A DNA stretch of 35,814 nucleotides, taken from Candidatus Cloacimonadota bacterium. Lineage in GTDB: Bacteria > Cloacimonadota > Cloacimonadia > Cloacimonadales > TCS61. Position 1 is the stretch's first letter; each line of letters opens with the position of its first letter. Below, piece by piece: positions 32,801 through 35,814 of the stretch. Under the pieces are notes generated by a model that did no database searches, was not told the origin of the DNA, and saw nothing but the letters and a program-made list of their open reading frames with translations. The stretch spans positions 1-35,814 of the forward strand of contig JAGGWC010000105.1 in the NCBI GenBank assembly GCA_021157645.1, read 5' to 3'. Both the position numbers and the translations under genes were made by a program.

Positions 32801-35257
32801 CCAAATTCACCAACTGATACGATTACTGGACAAGCATTATCTGTAAATTTAAATGTAACAGTAAGTGATAATGACTCAGATACAATGAATGTATCATTTT
32901 ATAACAATGATACAAAAGCTCAAATAGGAACTACTCAAACAAGTATAGCATCAGGAAGTACAGCTCAAGTAACTTGGTCAGGTCTTTCAGCAGGAACTAC
33001 TTATTCATGGTATGTAAATGTAACTGATGGAACAGATACTACTAAAAGTTCAGTTTGGACGTTTACTACTTCATATACTCCTATATTAACAGCATATGAC
33101 ACATATCCAGATACAGCATACACAAATACAGATTTGAAATTTAATATAACATGTACAGACCAAGATTCAGGAGACACAATTACAGGATACTTACAAGTAT
33201 ATAATGGAACAACTCCTTATGGTTCTGTTCATAGTAGTACAGTAACTAATGGCACTGAAACTACTTTATTCACTTTAGGTTCAGGAAACACTACTAAAGG
33301 TGAAACTTGGAAAGGAGAATACTGGTGTGGAGATGGAGTTTCTAATTCAAGTAAACAAAATGATAGTGTTACTATTTTAAATACAGCACCAACAACACCA
33401 ACAAGCAGTACATTAAATCAAACTATATATGTAGGTCAAAACTTAACAGCTACATGTTCTGGCTCTACTGACTTAGATTTTGATTCAATAACATATTATT
33501 ATAGATTTTACAATGAAAATGATGCAACTGAACTTCAAGCATATTCAACAGATAATACATATGTATTACAATCAACAGATGCCCACGATGTAATAAATGT
33601 AACTTGTAAGGCATATGACGGAACTGCTTATTCTTCAACTTTATCAAATACTACAACAGTAAGCAACACAGCCCCAACAGCTCCAGATGTAGGATTAAAT
33701 AGTAGTATAACAGTAGGTCAAACATTAACAATTACTTGTGAAAATAGCACAGATATAGATTCAGATTCTTTAACTTATTATTCAGAATTATATAATATAA
33801 ATGATTCAACAACATTAAAAGCATACTCAACAAGTATGACATATACTATTCAAACATCAGATGCCCATGATACATTAAGAGCAAGATGTAAGGCATCAGA
33901 TTCATATACTAATTCAACAGAAGGAGAAAGCAATATTACAGTAAGCAACACAGCACCAAACATAAATTCATATGCTTCAGTACCTGAAGCTCCAGAATAT
34001 ACAAATACAACTTATCTTACGATAAATATCACAGACATAGATAATGACAGTATGTCTTGGTGTAATTTTACAGTAACAGCACCAAATGGAACTATTATAT
34101 TAAATAATATTAATGGAACACATTCAGGAGTTATATGGAATTCAACTACTTTCAATTTAACAAGTACAGGAACAAAATATGGAACTTGGGAATATAATGT
34201 ATCTTGTTATGATGCATATAACACCGCATCCCAATCTTGGACATATACTTCAACTATAGGAACATACAACTACACACCTTACGAAACCTGGACATTCTCT
34301 CAAACTGCTGGAAATACAGAATTAAAGACATTTATTTTTGATGCAACTGGAGAGAATAGTAGGAATAATATAGTAAATGGAAGTGTGGAAGGAGACTTAG
34401 CTAATTCATCTTATTATCTTACTGTTTCATATAATACTACTTCATTTTATATTCCTGTAAATGGAACAGTATCAATACAAGCAAACATAACTTCAGACCA
34501 TGATAACACACCTGCTGGAACTTATACTGGAAACCTAACATTTAATAGAACAGATGATGGAACTATTTTGAAAATACCTGTAAGTTTTTCAGTAGCTGGA
34601 ACTTCCGCAGATATAAATGTAGACCCAACATCTAAAACAACGACTATGTATGCTTCAGATACTAGTACTTGGACATTAAATGTATCAAATGTAGGAGATA
34701 GAACTGCTACAAATTGTAGTTGTACTTTTGCAGGAACTATACAGCCATTCTCATCATGTGTAGAAGAGCCCTTTAATGTTTCATATGGAAATTATACTCT
34801 AGTATCTGTAAAATATACTAATCCCTCAGAAGGAGATTACTCAGGAACATTAACTGTTTCCTGTACTTCAACTGCAAGCGGGGGAACAGATACAGCTTCA
34901 GTTAATCCTATAAGCTTATCAGTATTAGCAGCACCCTCTGGAGGCGGGGGTGGAGGAGGTTCATATGTTCCTCCTGAGAATAATATAACTATTCCAGAAC
35001 CAGCAGTATGCGGTGATGGAATATGTGAAGATGAAAAAGGAGAGAATTCATGGAATTGTCCAGATGACTGTGCTGGTTTAAGCTTAAAAGGATTAGTATT
35101 AGGAAATTCCAAATCAAGAATATTCCAAATATTATTAATAGTCTTTTTAGGAAGTATTATGTACTTATCCTATTCTGAAAAGAAAAGAAAACTAAAAGTT
35201 TTCGGAGGTAAAAATGGCAAAACGTGGAAAATCCCGAAGTTCTTCAAGAAAGGTTAA
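29867..35257 (+). CDS. giant secreted, C-terminally anchored adhesin/spike-like protein (1796 aa): DNRLRE-like domain, right-handed beta-helix (NosD/PbH1-like), multiple Ig-like modules, Gly6 linker, CGDGICE...CPDDC knot
   Basis: Signal peptide LTTLVLLSLLLIIPALYMQA. ASLLMFNISSIPNNANIIDAGLYLYQ...NWNEETVTWNTKP (~30715-31215). Repetitive N-x-x-x-N-I/ITL beta-helix rungs (~31240-31950). Repeated TAPT..-linked Ig-like units (~32150-34600). GGGGGG at 34938-34955. TM IFQILLIVFLGSIMYL. Confidence 0.8.
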   Translation: MKSSKSKLTTLVLLSLLLIIPALYMQATTAKGTAQTIKNVTIKRGPSWEETCHPVTTTKEHCFTNYCVDWEINETTEEPYCVDMRDTYCRNSTYTTTECTRTLYSGTRFIEKHKGHKDYVPMDEVVNVTYVNDSIVLSWWDKRVVLEPYIEINNNKYKLKNMPASSSNPNVPTKNKLKFLTKIKDNKYSYYYNHTMDAKLGKSSSKKEVFNTFGYNISESNANCTFKNNALICDEIEINFAQAVNEQNLTLYTEKEGKKLKGISIKAEKEGTSIFYIDPTIQLQDNVTENLNDAKILEDYPDYNAATSKLQVGYANITASLLMFNISSIPNNANIIDAGLYLYQNVIGGTQKLVGVKVCNTSRNWNEETVTWNTKPIQGVCSDNIEQNPANTAGWRGPWDVTSLINTTYNNVSLELYPDISDTDWDNDIIQYNSKEYATASLRPYLNITYSNSTNISDCAVLDIPGHTYYLTTNITDSSTSYCMNISANNVTLDCQGHTIDGDDAADYGIYIKRSSSINSNIVVKNCTITDWDTYGSYIATANNVTFEDITYTSNPDMALYVASDYNKFTNIISNYNGRGITLNYADSNTFTNIIANSNPYGGIYLWYSNSNIFANMTVNSNANSDNAGIYLYCSHANVITYSKIENNSNSGITLCYSDGNVANKIYNNLFNNTNNIVFVGTEYSNNWNTTYQSGTNIYDSSIGYIAGNWYSGFSDNSTLCPDTTGDGFCDNAYDVKNNTAGCDSNNCDYKPISSFYGNPTNQAPSFTVTPDDASTVGSPTNVGQNVTFTATATDADGDNYTLYICKTNAFSSGSCTGGEWCHSTSTTSGSQASCKYLTQDSDSTQESWYAFAYDGTSASSSSSTYSPMNINHRPYASGVVINDSTPYTDSIIQCNYTFNDADGDSESSVAYKWYKNNVLISGETSSTLNLSVAGNGNKGDIINCSVQVTDEHSFSDDVYVASSGVTIQNYAPNTVTSPNSPTDTITGQALSVNLNVTVSDNDSDTMNVSFYNNDTKAQIGTTQTSIASGSTAQVTWSGLSAGTTYSWYVNVTDGTDTTKSSVWTFTTSYTPILTAYDTYPDTAYTNTDLKFNITCTDQDSGDTITGYLQVYNGTTPYGSVHSSTVTNGTETTLFTLGSGNTTKGETWKGEYWCGDGVSNSSKQNDSVTILNTAPTTPTSSTLNQTIYVGQNLTATCSGSTDLDFDSITYYYRFYNENDATELQAYSTDNTYVLQSTDAHDVINVTCKAYDGTAYSSTLSNTTTVSNTAPTAPDVGLNSSITVGQTLTITCENSTDIDSDSLTYYSELYNINDSTTLKAYSTSMTYTIQTSDAHDTLRARCKASDSYTNSTEGESNITVSNTAPNINSYASVPEAPEYTNTTYLTINITDIDNDSMSWCNFTVTAPNGTIILNNINGTHSGVIWNSTTFNLTSTGTKYGTWEYNVSCYDAYNTASQSWTYTSTIGTYNYTPYETWTFSQTAGNTELKTFIFDATGENSRNNIVNGSVEGDLANSSYYLTVSYNTTSFYIPVNGTVSIQANITSDHDNTPAGTYTGNLTFNRTDDGTILKIPVSFSVAGTSADINVDPTSKTTTMYASDTSTWTLNVSNVGDRTATNCSCTFAGTIQPFSSCVEEPFNVSYGNYTLVSVKYTNPSEGDYSGTLTVSCTSTASGGTDTASVNPISLSVLAAPSGGGGGGGSYVPPENNITIPEPAVCGDGICEDEKGENSWNCPDDCAGLSLKGLVLGNSKSRIFQILLIVFLGSIMYLSYSEKKRKLKVFGGKNGKTWKIPKFFKKG

Positions 35258-35402
35258 AAAGAAAAGAATACCTAAAAAATACAGAGTATTAAAAAAAGAA
35301 CAGCCAACGTGGGCAATACAAGATAAAAAAACAGGAAGGTTAGCTGGAAGAGTATCTGAAGGAGAATACTATATGGGATATAGAGTAAAAAGGAAACGTT
35401 AG
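35214..35402 (+). CDS. 62-aa basic protein
   Basis: GGAGGTAAAAATGG cassette. MAKRGKSRSSSRKVKKKRIPKKYRVLKK... Overlaps the end of the giant gene by 44 nt. Confidence 0.5.
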   Translation: MAKRGKSRSSSRKVKKKRIPKKYRVLKKEQPTWAIQDKKTGRLAGRVSEGEYYMGYRVKRKR

Positions 35403-35427
35403 TTGGTTTTGTTTAGAAACCAACTAA
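35399..35427 (+). terminator. perfect 11-bp stem / 7-nt loop hairpin overlapping the stop codon
   Basis: ttagttggttt-tgtttag-aaaccaactaa. No long T tract follows, so a terminator role is uncertain. Confidence 0.4.
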
Positions 35428-35490
35428 TAGAATTAGTTTAGTAAAATAGCGAAAACTATTTAAATGATTATTATTAATAATAATACTAAC

Positions 35491-35628
35491 ATGAAAGATA
35501 TAACAATTAAAGTTAAACCCGACATTTATTTTGAATTAGTAAGTCTTAAAGGAAAATTAAAATGTAAGACTTGGGATTCTTTATTTAGAAAATTGATTAT
35601 GCTCTCAAAAGATGAGAGAGGTGAATAA
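35491..35628 (+). CDS. 45-aa ribbon-helix-helix (CopG/antitoxin-like) candidate, not in ORF track
   Basis: MKDITIKVKPDIYFELVSLKGKLKCKTWDSLFRKLIMLSKDERGE. The pattern is a beta-strand followed by two helices, typical of small archaeal RHH proteins. Confidence 0.4.
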   Translation: MKDITIKVKPDIYFELVSLKGKLKCKTWDSLFRKLIMLSKDERGE

Positions 35629-35690
35629 AAATGGATGAAGGCGATGAAGAAGAATAAAATGCTCACATATATATGTGGGGTGAAGATAAA

Positions 35691-35814
35691 ATGAAAAATA
35701 TCGGATTAATGGCAGCATTGGTTGTTAGTGTCTTATTATTAGGCATTGGAACAGCTAGTGCAACTACAACAGGATTTGAGTTACACAAAGCAGTTACTGT
35801 AAAAGGTGACTGGG
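35691..35814 (+). CDS. secreted protein, 3' end outside the window
   Basis: GGGGTGA upstream. Signal peptide MKNIGLMAALVVSVLLLGIGTASA. The frame is open to the window end. Confidence 0.5.
   Translation, partial: MKNIGLMAALVVSVLLLGIGTASATTTGFELHKAVTVKGDW

Larger units (their letters stand above)
1..35814 (+). mobile_element. archaeal virus/provirus- or plasmid-like element; boundaries not in window
   Basis: All credible genes are co-directional and tightly packed (ATGA/TAATG overlaps). Content is Orc1/Cdc6, many zinc-ribbon mini-ORFs, an FtsK/HerA-type ATPase and a long block of secreted/anchored giant proteins. No housekeeping genes, rRNA or tRNA. Confidence 0.6.

Noticed and set aside
34837-35112. 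91-aa minus-strand ORF containing PPPPPPP
   Set aside because: It is the antisense reading of the GGGGGG linker and Cys knot of the 1796-aa gene, so it is an artefact. The same reasoning applies to the other short minus-strand ORFs in the track (994, 2529, 3583, 4108, 4474, 6109, 7186, 9184, 11755, 12298, 14226, 15075, 16466, 18158, 19743, 20407, 21316, 21774, 27423, 27487, 29397, 33465).
35467-35484. 18-bp perfect palindrome attattattaataataat
   Set aside because: It is a pure A/T trinucleotide low-complexity sequence in an AT-rich spacer, so it is expected by chance and uninformative.
1-35814. Defence-system, toxin-antitoxin or integration module
   Set aside because: I saw no recognisable restriction/modification, Cas, Argonaute, STAND/NLR-like, TIR, PIN/HEPN toxin or tyrosine/serine recombinase motifs. 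The RHH-like 45-aa ORF at 35491 has no adjacent toxin-sized partner, since only an 8-codon acidic ORF follows it.

Overview
This is an AT-rich window (roughly 30% GC by eye). Every credible gene lies on the + strand. Genes are tightly packed, with many ATGA/TAATG stop-start overlaps and GGAGGTGA-type Shine-Dalgarno sites. It reads as one archaeal virus/provirus- or plasmid-like element, not ordinary chromosome, and its ends are not in the window. Left part (1-11.7 kb): an Orc1/Cdc6 initiator whose 5' end is cut by the window edge; several zinc-ribbon mini-proteins; an HhH protein resembling only the C-terminal 'Transposase_20' domain of IS110 recombinases; a membrane-anchored DNase I-family nuclease; an HTH protein followed by an FtsK/HerA-type P-loop ATPase; and two different repeat arrays. 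The first array is ten 8-bp boxes on an exact 18-bp lattice at 2793-2972. The second is 3.5 perfect 20-bp iterons at 9736-9806. Right part (11.9-35.4 kb) looks like a structural/envelope module. It holds a GC-richer, strongly signalled 315-aa gene with its own hairpin/oligo-T terminator (candidate major structural protein), a CPBP/Abi-type intramembrane protease, runs of tiny 2-TM proteins with perfect SD sites, and four Cys-rich secreted/anchored proteins, one of which carries a 20 x 14-residue coiled-coil stalk. It also holds five consecutive very basic 'MV...' micro-proteins, including a 23-aa protamine-like peptide, and two giant signal-peptide/C-terminal-anchor proteins (2268 aa and 1796 aa) built from beta-helix, CarboxypepD_reg-like, DNRLRE-like and Ig-like modules plus short repeats. 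I saw no rRNA, tRNA, CRISPR array, integrase, terminase, portal or recognisable capsid fold. All functional calls rest on motifs read by eye and no search was run. Several small genes below the ORF-track cutoff, and several corrected start codons, are proposed.
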